From Thermoplasmata archaeon (GTDB lineage: Archaea; Thermoplasmatota; Thermoplasmata; Lutacidiplasmatales; UBA184), in assembly GCA_030043855.1 (NCBI GenBank), contig JASHWW010000006.1, forward strand, positions 1-41,803: a DNA stretch of 41,803 bases. Direction: 5' to 3'. The notes under the pieces were generated by a model, which did no database searches, was not told where the DNA came from, and saw only the letters and a program-made list of their open reading frames with translations. This document shows, one piece after another, positions 17,657 through 26,669 of the stretch; position 1 is the stretch's first letter, and the number at the start of each line of letters is the position of its first letter. A program made the position numbers and the translations under genes.

Positions 17657-18106
17657 GTGGTGCACTTTCGGGAGGACGGCGTGTTCCCGTACCCGCGGGA
17701 CGTCCTGTGGCGATTCCTCGACCTCCACGTCCTCGACGATCGCATCCGCTCGATCCATCCGAGCGTGCTCGCCCAGCGGACGGTGTCGGCCACGCCGAAC
17801 CAGGTGGTCCTCGCCCGCACGCTGGTCGCTCGGGGCCGCGAGTATCCCGTGACCTGGACGATTACCACCGACCGGCCGAACGCGTTGCGCTGGGAGATCC
17901 CGACCGCCCCGCAGGGTCCGTTCGTGCCGGGGAGCTACGTCGCGAACCGGTATACGGAGGTCCCGGGGGGCACCCGGGTCGAGACGGAGGTCGAGATGTC
18001 GATCGTCGGGGTCCCGCGATTCCTGCAGACGCTCATCGTCCGACGGGTGCTGCGGGACATCGACGGCGAGGATCTCGCGTACCTGCGCTCCCACCGGATC
18101 GAGTGA
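17657..18106 (+). CDS. SRPBCC/START-like ligand-binding protein
   Basis: PRDVLWRFL.. N-terminus, beta-rich core (GGTRV) and C-terminal helix. Confidence 0.6.
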   Translation: MVHFREDGVFPYPRDVLWRFLDLHVLDDRIRSIHPSVLAQRTVSATPNQVVLARTLVARGREYPVTWTITTDRPNALRWEIPTAPQGPFVPGSYVANRYTEVPGGTRVETEVEMSIVGVPRFLQTLIVRRVLRDIDGEDLAYLRSHRIE

Positions 18107-18147
18107 GCCGGGCGCACCGGTGCGTCGTCGCCGCCCGACGCGTCCGC

Positions 18148-18540
18148 TCAACTCCACGGCGGTTGGGGCCCGCCGGGAGGCGGCCCGGCCACCAGCACGA
18201 ACGGCCGCCAGGCGATGGCGAGCCCGCCCCCGACCACCGTGAGGAGGAACCCGATCAGGAAGCCGCCCAGGGCGAACGGGAGACTGACGAACGCGAGCAC
18301 GATCGCGGCGATCCCGAGCGCGGTCTTCGCGGGCGGCAGGGCGACGATCAGCGCGCCGACGAGGATCGTGACGAGCCCGTCGATCGCCCCGATGAAGAAC
18401 AGCCGTCCGCCCGGGACGTGCAAGTCAACGAGGACGATCCCGAACAGCGCGAGGAAGAGCCCGCCGACCAGGATGAAGAACCCCCCGACGATCGTGATCA
18501 GCCCGGCCAGCGTCGGCCGTCGTCCCAGGACCGCGACCAC
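18148..18540 (-). CDS. Small 4-TM membrane protein (DUF6114-like)
   Basis: RRPTLAGLITIVGG...LGGFLIGFLLTVVGG. Start GTG 18540 lies below an AT-rich box near 18560-18567. Confidence 0.7.
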   Translation of the reverse strand: MVAVLGRRPTLAGLITIVGGFFILVGGLFLALFGIVLVDLHVPGGRLFFIGAIDGLVTILVGALIVALPPAKTALGIAAIVLAFVSLPFALGGFLIGFLLTVVGGGLAIAWRPFVLVAGPPPGGPQPPWS

Positions 18541-18566
18541 GCGGTCCCGACCGTCCCCGAATATTA

Positions 18567-19013
18567 CTAGGCTCGGGTCGGAGCCCCGTTCACGCTCGTA
18601 TCGATGGGAATCCCGGCGCGGACGGCGCCCGAGACCGTGCAGTACTCCTCGAACACCGAGATGCAACGGTCCATCCGCGGACGGTCGGCCTCGTCCACGG
18701 GGTCGGCGCGGATGGCGACGCGTAGGCGAACCACCCGTTGCCGGCCGGCGGCGTTGCGGCCGACCTCGTTGGCCACGGTCGTTTCGATCGCACGGACCGG
18801 GATCCGCGCGCGGCGAAGGCAGTCGTACAACGTGGTGCTCATGCAGTGTCCGACGGCGACCGCAAGGACATCCCGCGGCGCCGGCCCCGCACCGCCTCCC
18901 AGGGGGGGCGGCTCGTCCACGGTCCACGGTCCGTACGTCCGGCCCTCGAATCGGACGCGGTAACGAAAGTCGGCGTCCTGGTGCAGTATCGGGTCCCCTG
19001 CGTTGATGTCCAT
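18567..19013 (-). CDS. OsmC/Ohr-family protein
   Basis: DEPPPLGGGAGPAP..VL..AVGHC and FEEYCTVS give the two conserved cysteines. Confidence 0.85.
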   Translation of the reverse strand: MDINAGDPILHQDADFRYRVRFEGRTYGPWTVDEPPPLGGGAGPAPRDVLAVAVGHCMSTTLYDCLRRARIPVRAIETTVANEVGRNAAGRQRVVRLRVAIRADPVDEADRPRMDRCISVFEEYCTVSGAVRAGIPIDTSVNGAPTRA

Positions 19014-19108
19014 CGGCCCTCGCGGGGCCAGACCCCGGGGGGATTTGTCCGCGTCGTGACGCGCGCGTCGTCCCGGAGAGGGTAAGGCCGCGGGCGCGTT
19101 CCCGAGGC

Positions 19109-19540
19109 ATGGCACGTTCCGAGGGGGGAGACGGCCCCGTGCTCTGGCGGAACGGCCGGGTCGTTCTCCCGGAGACCTATCGCGAACGGGCTCGGTCGGT
19201 CGCCGACGGACCGCGAGCCGGTCCCTGGTCGACCGTCCTGGTCGGGACCCTCACGCTTCTGCTGGCCGGCGTGCTGGCCGTCCGGGGCGCGCCGGTCGCG
19301 GCGGCCGCGGGCGTGGGGCTGTTCCTGGCGGCGGGAGTGGCCGCGGGGGCCGAGCGACGCGCGCTGACGGTCGGACTCGCCGTTTCCGCCATCGTCTGGA
19401 CCGCGCTGGGGATCGGGGCATCGCTCGACCCTTCGCCGGTTCCCGGGTTCGGGCTCGCCGTCCTCGGTCTTGCAGGGGCCGTCGTCGTGGGTTTCGGGGG
19501 ATGGCGACTGCGGTCCCTTCCGGGGGCCCCCGCGGCGTAG
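19109..19540 (+). CDS. Hypothetical membrane protein
   Basis: About 4 hydrophobic segments. GTAAG box at 19082-19086. Confidence 0.55.
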   Translation: MARSEGGDGPVLWRNGRVVLPETYRERARSVADGPRAGPWSTVLVGTLTLLLAGVLAVRGAPVAAAAGVGLFLAAGVAAGAERRALTVGLAVSAIVWTALGIGASLDPSPVPGFGLAVLGLAGAVVVGFGGWRLRSLPGAPAA

Positions 19541-19592
19541 GATCGGAGCAGGTCCCGGTCGCTATAAGCCGATACGACGACCATCGGGACCG

Positions 19593-20510
19593 ATGCCGAC
19601 CGCGCGGGCCGAGTTCGACTGGCCCGAGCTGCTGCGTGCGATGGGACGATTCGGCCTCTCGACGCGCGAGGCGAGCCTCTACCTCCTCGCCCTGCGCCGC
19701 GGACGGGCCACCGCCCGGGAATTGACTCGCGAGTCGTCGCTCGACCGCGTCCTGGCGTACCGGACGCTGGACGCGATGCGGGCGCGCGGGCTCATTCAGG
19801 TGACCCTCGAGCGCCCCCGCCGCTACATCGCCGTCCCACCCCGCGTCGTCTTCGAACGCAACCTCCTCGAACGACGGCGGGCGTTGGACGAGGACGAAGG
19901 CCTCGCGCGCGACCTGGGCCGACGGTTGCCCGAGCTCCGGGACGCCGCGCCGTCCGGAGCGCCGCGGTTCGAGGTGATCACGGGCGGGGACGCGATCTAT
20001 CCGTATCTGCGCGACATGGTCCGGCGTGCGACCCGGGACGTTCGTACGATGATCACGTCCCGTGCGCTCCGCGAGTCCGTCCGCAATCGCACCTACGAGG
20101 ACCTCCCTCGGTTCCTCCGCGAGGGGGGGGAATTCCGGATGATCGCGGGCTCGGATCCGTTCGCCCGCCGTCTGCTCGGCCGGATCCGCCGCCTCGGCCG
20201 CGTCTACCAGCGCGCGGAGGTCCGTTCCCGGGACGATCTCACCGTGCGGTTGACGATCGTCGACGGTCGCGAGGCGCTGGTCTTCCTCGTTCCCGAGCCG
20301 GGCACCGGAGGGGTGCCGGAGGTGGCGGTGTGGAGCGACACCTCGGAATTCGTCGGGGCCCAGCGAGCCCTGTTCGACGCCAATTGGGCCGGGGCCCGTG
20401 CGGAGCCGTCCGCGGGGAAGCGCTCGGCTCCGGTGCGAACGGCGGAACGGGTTGGACGGGGCGGCCGATCTACGGGTGCTTCGCCATCCCGAGAACTTCG
20501 GCCTCGGTGA
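19593..20510 (+). CDS. TrmB-family transcriptional regulator
   Basis: FGLSTREASLYL.L...G.ATA.EL....LDR..AYRTL..M..RGLI HTH, plus effector-type domain (IVDGREAL). CTATAAG box at 19562-19568. Confidence 0.88.
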   Translation: MPTARAEFDWPELLRAMGRFGLSTREASLYLLALRRGRATARELTRESSLDRVLAYRTLDAMRARGLIQVTLERPRRYIAVPPRVVFERNLLERRRALDEDEGLARDLGRRLPELRDAAPSGAPRFEVITGGDAIYPYLRDMVRRATRDVRTMITSRALRESVRNRTYEDLPRFLREGGEFRMIAGSDPFARRLLGRIRRLGRVYQRAEVRSRDDLTVRLTIVDGREALVFLVPEPGTGGVPEVAVWSDTSEFVGAQRALFDANWAGARAEPSAGKRSAPVRTAERVGRGGRSTGASPSRELRPR

Positions 20511-20628
20511 CCTTCTTGTGGTGGGCATGCTCGACATGCCACTGGGTCAGGGAGACCAGCTCGCCCTTGTCCTTCGTCACAACCTCGAAGCCGTCCTCGC
20601 ACGCGACCTTCATTCGACCGCATCCCAT
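20470..20628 (-). CDS. Small Cys/His metal-binding protein (DUF1059-like, 52 aa)
   Basis: MGCGRMKVACEDGFEV...EL......HVEHAHH. GGAGG before ATG 20628 and a CTTAAT box near 20677-20682. Converges on and overlaps the TrmB 3' end. Confidence 0.65.
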   Translation of the reverse strand: MGCGRMKVACEDGFEVVTKDKGELVSLTQWHVEHAHHKKVTEAEVLGMAKHP

Positions 20629-20818
20629 GGTAGGATCCTCCGCCGTAGCGGCACCGTCCGGAACGCGATAACGGTCATTAAGAGTTGTCGTTACCGATTG
20701 CCACAACAACCTATGCCACGTCGCGTCTCCGGTACCGCTCCGGCGCGGCGACCCGCGGTCGATCCCCGTCGCCGAAGGGTTTTCCCGCCGCGTGGCCTCC
20801 CCGCGCCGAGGGAGTCCC

Positions 20819-21019
20819 ATGGTCCAGAAGGTGACCGAAGTCGTCGGGGTGTCGAAGGACGGATTCGCGCGAGCGGCGGAGAACGCGGTGGCCACGGCCG
20901 CGAAGTCGGTCCGGAACCTCCGATGGTTCCGCGTAACCGAGCTCGAGGGGCGGATCCACGACCAGAAAGTGACCGAATACCACGCCACGGTGAAGCTCTA
21001 CTTCGACCTCGAGGAGTGA
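20819..21019 (+). CDS. Dodecin (flavin-binding protein)
   Basis: KVTEVVGVS..GF..AAENAV..AAKSVRNLRWFRV.E....I......EY...VKL.F, 66 aa. Confidence 0.92.
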   Translation: MVQKVTEVVGVSKDGFARAAENAVATAAKSVRNLRWFRVTELEGRIHDQKVTEYHATVKLYFDLEE

Positions 21020-21113
21020 CCGGGCGCGTCGCGGGTCGCGCGACGTCGTGGGGCCCTCCGCGAACCCGCGACCCCGACGGGGATAAGTAGGGGGCTCCGC
21101 TCGGCGGGCGCCC

Positions 21114-21710
21114 ATGGCCTCGCGTTTCTGCACGCAGTGCGGCGGACCCAACCCGCCCAACGCCACCTTCTGCCAGTACTGCGGGAAGCCGCTCGCCGGG
21201 GCTCCGTCGGGCACTCCGATCCCGGGTGCGGTCCCGCCGTCGGGCGCAGCCCCGGCGGGCGGGTGGACCGGGCCTCCCGGCGGGTACGGGGCTCCGCCGC
21301 CGCCCCCTCGGCGCCGTTCCCACACCCTGCTCCGGATCTTCGCGATCCTGATCGGCATCGTTCTGGTGGCGTCGATCCTGGTCTACCTGTTCGTCCCGGT
21401 CTCCACGCCGAACGTCGACGTGACGGTGTTCGTATTCGAGTCGCCGAACAATATCTGCAACCTGAGCGGGGTCGAGTACTACGGGTTCAACACGACCCCC
21501 GGGGGCGCCGTCGGTGTCGAGCTGAACATCACGGGGAACACCACGGGCACGTGCACGATCGCGACGCTCACGACGACGACCCCCGGATTCAGCGTGTCGG
21601 GGGCGAACCTCCCCCTGGCCGTTCCGGAGAACACGAACGAGACCCTGGTGTTCAACCTGGGCCTCCCGAACGGTTCGTACACGGGGAATGTGACGCTCGT
21701 CGCGACCTGA
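21114..21710 (+). CDS. Zinc-ribbon / Pro-Gly linker / TM / extracellular beta-sandwich protein
   Basis: FCTQCG...FCQYCG, Pro-rich linker, single TM, and a Thr/Asn-rich C-terminal domain with several N-x-S/T sequons. Confidence 0.75.
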   Translation: MASRFCTQCGGPNPPNATFCQYCGKPLAGAPSGTPIPGAVPPSGAAPAGGWTGPPGGYGAPPPPPRRRSHTLLRIFAILIGIVLVASILVYLFVPVSTPNVDVTVFVFESPNNICNLSGVEYYGFNTTPGGAVGVELNITGNTTGTCTIATLTTTTPGFSVSGANLPLAVPENTNETLVFNLGLPNGSYTGNVTLVAT

Positions 21711-21730
21711 TCGGTGGGCCGGGTCCCGCG

Positions 21731-23083
21731 CTACCAGCGACGATACGTCCGCCGCGCGGGGCGGGACGGTGCGGCGTCCCGGCGGGGTCCGGAGCCGCCG
21801 GAGCGCGGGCCCCCTCGACCTCGTCCCCGGCCGTCGCGGGGGCGTCCGCCCCGGCGCGGTTCGTGGCGACCCCCGCCCCCGCCGAACGCGGTCCGGGGGG
21901 GAGCGGGGGCGTCGTAGGCGAAGTCGGGGATCCGGGCCTTCGGGATCTCGAACCCGAGCAACTTCTGGATCTGGTCGAAGTCGTCCTGTTCCTCGGGGCT
22001 GACGAGGGTGAACGCGTCGCCGCGGCGTTGCGCCCGGGCGGTGCGCCCGACCCGGTGGATGTAGACCTCGGACTCGTGCGGGACGTCGTAGTTCACGACG
22101 TGGCTGACCCCTTCGACGTCGATCCCCCGGGCCGCGATGTCGGTCGCGACGAGCACCCGGTGTTCCCCTTCTCGGAACCCTTCGAGGGCGCGCACGCGCT
22201 GGCTCTGGCTCCGGTTCCCGTGGATCACGGTCACCGGGATCCCCCAGCCCATCAGCTGGCGGGCCAGTCGATCGGCGCGGTGCTTCGTGCGCGCGAAGAC
22301 GAGAACGCTGGTCATCGTCTCGTCGCGAAGGAGCTCGCGCAGGAGGGCCGCCTTCAGGTGCGACGGCACCGGGAGGGCGAGATGGCTCACGCCCACGGCG
22401 GCCACGGTCGCCGGTCCGACTTGCACCATGCGGGGGTCGCGCAGGAACTCGCGGGCCAGCCGGACGACCTCCGGCGGCATGGTGGCCGAGAAGAGCATCG
22501 TCTGGCGGTCCCGCGGGACCGCGGTGAGGATCCGTCGGACGTCCGGCAGGAACCCCATGTCGAGCATCCGGTCCGCCTCGTCGAGAACGAGGATCCGCAG
22601 GGCGCGGAAGTCGACGTAACCTCGGTTCATGTGATCGAGGAGCCGACCGGGGGTGGCGACGATGATCTCGGCCCCGCCGCGGAGCGCCCGCTCCTGCGGC
22701 TCCATCCCGACCCCGCCGTAGATCGCCGCGCCGCGACGGGTCGTGTACCGCCCGAGGCGCTGGAGGAACGTCTCGGCCTGGAGGGCGAGCTCCCGGGTCG
22801 GGGTGAGCACGAGCGCGTAGATGCGCCCGGGGGGCAGGTCGAGCGTCCGCTCGAGGATCGGCAGCAGGAAGGCGGCGGTCTTCCCGGTCCCGGTCTGCGC
22901 CGTGGCCACGACGTCCCGTCCTCCGACGGCTTCGGGGATCGCACGGCTCTGGATCGGAGTGGCCGCGTCGTATCCCATCTCGCGGACCCCCTTGCGGAGG
23001 ACCTCGCGCAGCGGCAGTTCGTCGAACTTGACCGCCGAGGTCGCGGGACCTGACGGCCGGGGACGCGGTTCGGGCTCACTCAT
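21731..23083 (-). CDS. DEAD-box ATP-dependent RNA helicase (RhlE-like)
   Basis: Q motif, AQTGTGKT, PTRELA, TPGRL, DEAD, SAT, ARGID, HRVGRTAR. RGG-rich tail. Confidence 0.95.
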   Translation of the reverse strand: MSEPEPRPRPSGPATSAVKFDELPLREVLRKGVREMGYDAATPIQSRAIPEAVGGRDVVATAQTGTGKTAAFLLPILERTLDLPPGRIYALVLTPTRELALQAETFLQRLGRYTTRRGAAIYGGVGMEPQERALRGGAEIIVATPGRLLDHMNRGYVDFRALRILVLDEADRMLDMGFLPDVRRILTAVPRDRQTMLFSATMPPEVVRLAREFLRDPRMVQVGPATVAAVGVSHLALPVPSHLKAALLRELLRDETMTSVLVFARTKHRADRLARQLMGWGIPVTVIHGNRSQSQRVRALEGFREGEHRVLVATDIAARGIDVEGVSHVVNYDVPHESEVYIHRVGRTARAQRRGDAFTLVSPEEQDDFDQIQKLLGFEIPKARIPDFAYDAPAPPRTAFGGGGGRHEPRRGGRPRDGRGRGRGGPRSGGSGPRRDAAPSRPARRTYRRW

Positions 23084-23187
23084 GGACGGGCTGGTCGACC
23101 CCGCCCGAGGTTAAGACGAAGGTGGCGCCGGCGCGAGCGCCCGGCGGCTCCCGGGAACCCTTGAGTTCGCTCGCAATGGGAGTCCCG

Positions 23188-23790
23188 ATGCCCGCCCGAC
23201 CCGACCGTTCCCCCGGTCCGGCGATCCGGTTCGGTTCGCTCGTCGGGACGGCGCGGGACGCCGCCGTGCCGATCGTCCGCGCATCGTTCGTCGGCTACTA
23301 CCGGTGGCACGCGAAGCGGACGCTGCGGGAGGCCGACTGCGTACGGGGAGCGTACGTCGGGCCGGAGCTCGTCGGAGTGGCGATGCTGGACCGGCTGACC
23401 TCCGACGTGGGCTACGTGTTCTACCTCGCGGTCGTCCCGAACTACCGAGGGCAGGGGGTCGGAGCCGGCCTGCTCGACGACGCCCTCGCGGGGTTCCGCT
23501 CCGCCGGACTGCGGGTGGCGTACGGGGTGGTCGAGCCCGAGAACGGCCCCTCCCTCGGCCTGTTCCGATCCCGGGGGTTCCGGAACGTCGAGCGCAAGGA
23601 GCGGAGCTACCTCGACGGGGGCCTCGGCGCCTGGGGACTCCGTTCGAAGATGCGGATCGTGGGGGACGAGCTGCTTCTGGGTCTCCGTCTCGACTCCCCC
23701 TCGGGCGCGCCCTCGACCGGCGTGGCGGGGGTCGGTCACGCGTCGGCGGCGCCGTCGCGCGCCGGGGGCCGACGGGACCGGGCGTCCTGA
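23188..23790 (+). CDS. GNAT-family N-acetyltransferase
   Basis: LAVVPNYRGQGVG motif A and N..SLGLF...GF. Start 23188 or 23176. Confidence 0.85.
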   Translation: MPARPDRSPGPAIRFGSLVGTARDAAVPIVRASFVGYYRWHAKRTLREADCVRGAYVGPELVGVAMLDRLTSDVGYVFYLAVVPNYRGQGVGAGLLDDALAGFRSAGLRVAYGVVEPENGPSLGLFRSRGFRNVERKERSYLDGGLGAWGLRSKMRIVGDELLLGLRLDSPSGAPSTGVAGVGHASAAPSRAGGRRDRAS

Positions 23791-24131
23791 ATCGCCTCCA
23801 GGACCTCCTCCGGGCGGGTCACTCGCCCGAGCCGGAATTCGGTGCCGTTGATCTCGACCCCGCCGAGCTCGATCCGGTCCCCGTAGCCGATGCGGAGGAA
23901 GAACCGACGCGACGAGAACGTGCGCACCTCCTCGAGACGCCACCGCACGGTCGCGTCCGAGCGTCCCCTCGGCCGGCGGAGGAACCCCCGGGCGGGAACG
24001 AACGCGCACTGGCGATCGGTCAGGACCAGCTCGCCGGAGACGACGGACTCCCCGGGCCCGACGAGCTCGGCGACCCAGCGCCGGAGCACCGCTTCGTTCT
24101 CGGCCACCGGGAACGAGGGTGGGGCGGCCAT
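23736..24131 (-). CDS. PH/GRAM-like hypothetical protein
   Basis: E.VLRRW...GELVLTDRQCAF beta-strands and a terminal helix. GATAAG box at about 24154-24160 on the minus strand. Confidence 0.6.
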   Translation of the reverse strand: MAAPPSFPVAENEAVLRRWVAELVGPGESVVSGELVLTDRQCAFVPARGFLRRPRGRSDATVRWRLEEVRTFSSRRFFLRIGYGDRIELGGVEINGTEFRLGRVTRPEEVLEAIQDARSRRPPARDGAADA

Positions 24132-24181
24132 CGATCCGATATCGCCGACCGGCCCTTATCGGTTGGGCCGAGGCGGCCGTC

Positions 24182-25036
24182 CTATCTCCCGAGGTCCGCC
24201 CGCCGGAGCACCGTCGCAAGGTAGGGGATCTCCACGAGTCGGGCCGACGTACCCGAGCGAAGCGGCACCGGCGCGGCTCCTTTCTCGCAGATGAGCCGCG
24301 CATCCTGCCAGTGTCCGGCGGAACTCTCCTCCAGGCGGAGGATGGTGGCGAAGGCCGCGCGGCCGGAGGACGGAGCTCCCGAGCACCCGACCACGAGCGA
24401 GTACCCGGAGCCGGCGAGGAGCTCGATGAGCGGGGCCGCCGCGAACCAGGGGCAGACGCCGTCGGCCCGCTCCGCGTTCGGTACGACGAGGACGCCGGAC
24501 CGTCCGGCGGGCGGTGGCTCGGAGAGGATCCGTTGCGCGATGTCGGGCAGACGGAGGAACCCCAGCAAGCGGGCGGCGGCCTCCCCGTCGTCGTCCCGTT
24601 GCAAGAGCGAGGCGAGGCCCCGGGGTTCGGCCGCCGTCGAGGACCCTCGGAGGTCCGCTTCCGGCAGCGTCCAGCGGCAGTCGGGCGGGATCCATCCCAT
24701 CTCCGCGGGGGAGACCGGCGCCGGAGCGGGATCCTCGAGCTGGACCCAATGGAAGCGCGGCGACCCCGCGTGCGCGAGGCCGTACAGGACCCACGGGATC
24801 AGCGTCGGGCTCGGCGCGGAGAGGAAGAGGGAGGTCGGGCGGACGAACAGCCCCTCGGGCCCGCCTTTCGCGGTCGGGGGACGGGGCGGTCGCGGTCGGC
24901 TCCCGGCGGCCGTCGTTCCCGAACGACCGGCGATCGGGCGGCGCAGGCGATCCAGTCGGCGAGCGGCCGGGTCCGGGCGATGTTCGCCGTCGGGCGTCTC
25001 CGCGGAGAACGCGACGGCGTCGGCGGGTTGCTGCAT
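24182..25036 (-). CDS. Hypothetical protein, possibly a degenerate RecA/KaiC-like alpha/beta fold
   Basis: Alternating beta/alpha pattern (TSLFLSAP, FHWVQL, GVLVVPNAE, SLVVG) with no intact Walker A. Confidence 0.5.
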   Translation of the reverse strand: MQQPADAVAFSAETPDGEHRPDPAARRLDRLRRPIAGRSGTTAAGSRPRPPRPPTAKGGPEGLFVRPTSLFLSAPSPTLIPWVLYGLAHAGSPRFHWVQLEDPAPAPVSPAEMGWIPPDCRWTLPEADLRGSSTAAEPRGLASLLQRDDDGEAAARLLGFLRLPDIAQRILSEPPPAGRSGVLVVPNAERADGVCPWFAAAPLIELLAGSGYSLVVGCSGAPSSGRAAFATILRLEESSAGHWQDARLICEKGAAPVPLRSGTSARLVEIPYLATVLRRADLGR

Positions 25037-25079
25037 GGGCGTGAGGCTCGGTAGGGTCCCTCCCAGAGATGAGACGGGT

Positions 25080-25113
25080 CCGAACAGTTTCGGCGGACCG
25101 AACGGGTTCGGTC
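25080..25113. promoter_or_regulatory. Tandem palindromic operator-like sites CCGAAC-N2-(G/T)TTCGG
   Basis: CCGAACAGTTTCGG at 25080-25093 and the perfect GACCGAAC-GG-GTTCGGTC at 25096-25113, in a divergent intergenic region. Confidence 0.5.
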
Positions 25114-25250
25114 GGTCCGGGGGCGGCCGACGGTACCGCGCGGGACGCCGGCATCGGTCGCCAAATCCTTTATCTCGGCGGTCCCCCGTTCCGCGGACGG
25201 GGCCCGGCCGGGGTTCCCGTCATCGGGAGTCACCGCGCGTGGGACGCACC

Positions 25251-26012
25251 GTGGAGTCGAAGCGACCGGAGGCGGGTCGCCGCGCGAGCCGTTCGGGCCG
25301 GCCGACATCGGACGACCGGCTGGCGGCCCTCCGGGACGCCCGGGCCCCCGAGGAACGGGCCCGGTTGTTCCTCGCGACCCTCCGGATCCGGGTGCCGAGA
25401 ACGCTCTGGACCGGCCCGTTCTCCGCCGCCCATCCGACCGTCCGGGTCGAGGTTCTCAACCGTACGGAGCTCGGGTCCGACGTGTCGGTCTCCGACTATT
25501 GGATCGGGGGCCACCCCGCCGGGGTCTGGGCGCGCGAGATCGCGAGCTACCCCGACGTCCTCCACATCGACAGCCTCGCCGAGGTGGGCGACGGATGCGT
25601 CTACCGGATCACCTACCGGAACCCGCCGATCATCTACCTCTACCGCCGGCTCAAGCTCCCGATGCAGTTCCCGCTCCGCATCCAGGGCGGGGTGATCGAC
25701 TGGGAGGTCGTCGCCCGGTACTCCGAGTTCCAGGAGATCCTCGAGCACGCGCGCGCCGCCGACCCCAACGTCTCGATCGTCTCCATCCGCCGGCGGCCCC
25801 TGCGCAGCCACCTCCCCGTGTTGACCGAGGCCCAGCACGAGCTGCTCTCGCAGGCGATGGCCGCCGGGTACTTCGCCGTCCCGCGCGGGATCACGCTCAC
25901 CGAACTCGCCCGCCGGCTCGACCGGAGCAAGTCGTCGATCTCCGAGTCGATCGCCCTCATCGAGAAGAAGCTCCTGGAGAGCGCCCTCCGTCCCTCGACG
26001 CTGCTCCCGTAA
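25251..26012 (+). CDS. Bacterio-opsin-activator-type (HTH_10) transcriptional regulator
   Basis: C-terminal LTEAQHELL..A..AGYF.VPR.ITL.ELA..L..SKS.ISE signature. Start uncertain (GTG 25239 or 25251). Confidence 0.85.
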   Translation: MESKRPEAGRRASRSGRPTSDDRLAALRDARAPEERARLFLATLRIRVPRTLWTGPFSAAHPTVRVEVLNRTELGSDVSVSDYWIGGHPAGVWAREIASYPDVLHIDSLAEVGDGCVYRITYRNPPIIYLYRRLKLPMQFPLRIQGGVIDWEVVARYSEFQEILEHARAADPNVSIVSIRRRPLRSHLPVLTEAQHELLSQAMAAGYFAVPRGITLTELARRLDRSKSSISESIALIEKKLLESALRPSTLLP

Positions 26013-26046
26013 CCGGCCCCCGCGGGGGGCCCCGAGGACGGTCGCC

Positions 26047-26553
26047 CTACGTGGCGGCCCGCCAGCGCGGGATCGTGAGCAGCTCCAGCACGTGCGAGCG
26101 GTCCGCTCCGAAGTGCGCGACGTGGAGGTAGACGATCGCCCACGCGAACAGGGTCGCGAACAGGTCGAGCAGGATCCAGACGACGGTGGCCCCGGCGAGC
26201 TCGGCCCCCAGCCCGAGGGCGGCGAGGACGGCCGCGGTGAGCGCGAACGAGGCGGAATAGACCAGCAGGCGGGACTCGGGAGCGTGGAGCCCCGGGCTCG
26301 GGACTTGGGCCGTCGGGGCGATGAGGGCGAGCGCCCGGAGGACCAGGAACCCGAAGAACCCGACCGACAGGAGGAGCAACCCGACGGAGCCGACCGCCGT
26401 GTCGTACGTCTCGATCCCGCTCGGGTTGGCCCCCCACAGGATCAGGTAGAACAACGCGACCAGCACCGAGGAGATCAGGAACCCCGTGAGGCGGACATCG
26501 TCCATCGGATGGCGCGGAACGTAGTCGTGGAGCCGGTTCGTCAGGGCCGACAC
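26047..26553 (-). CDS. Hypothetical 4-TM membrane protein
   Basis: Four hydrophobic helices. GTATAG box at about 26578-26584 on the minus strand. Confidence 0.65.
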   Translation of the reverse strand: MSALTNRLHDYVPRHPMDDVRLTGFLISSVLVALFYLILWGANPSGIETYDTAVGSVGLLLLSVGFFGFLVLRALALIAPTAQVPSPGLHAPESRLLVYSASFALTAAVLAALGLGAELAGATVVWILLDLFATLFAWAIVYLHVAHFGADRSHVLELLTIPRWRAAT

Positions 26554-26669
26554 GGCACGTTCGACGTGGCTCCCGGTCTATACACTTCTCGGTCGGTCGG
26601 AGACCCCGCGGGAGCAGGTGGCGCGGGCGCCCCCGAGGGCTTTATGGGGGGCGCCGGGTGGGCGGACCG

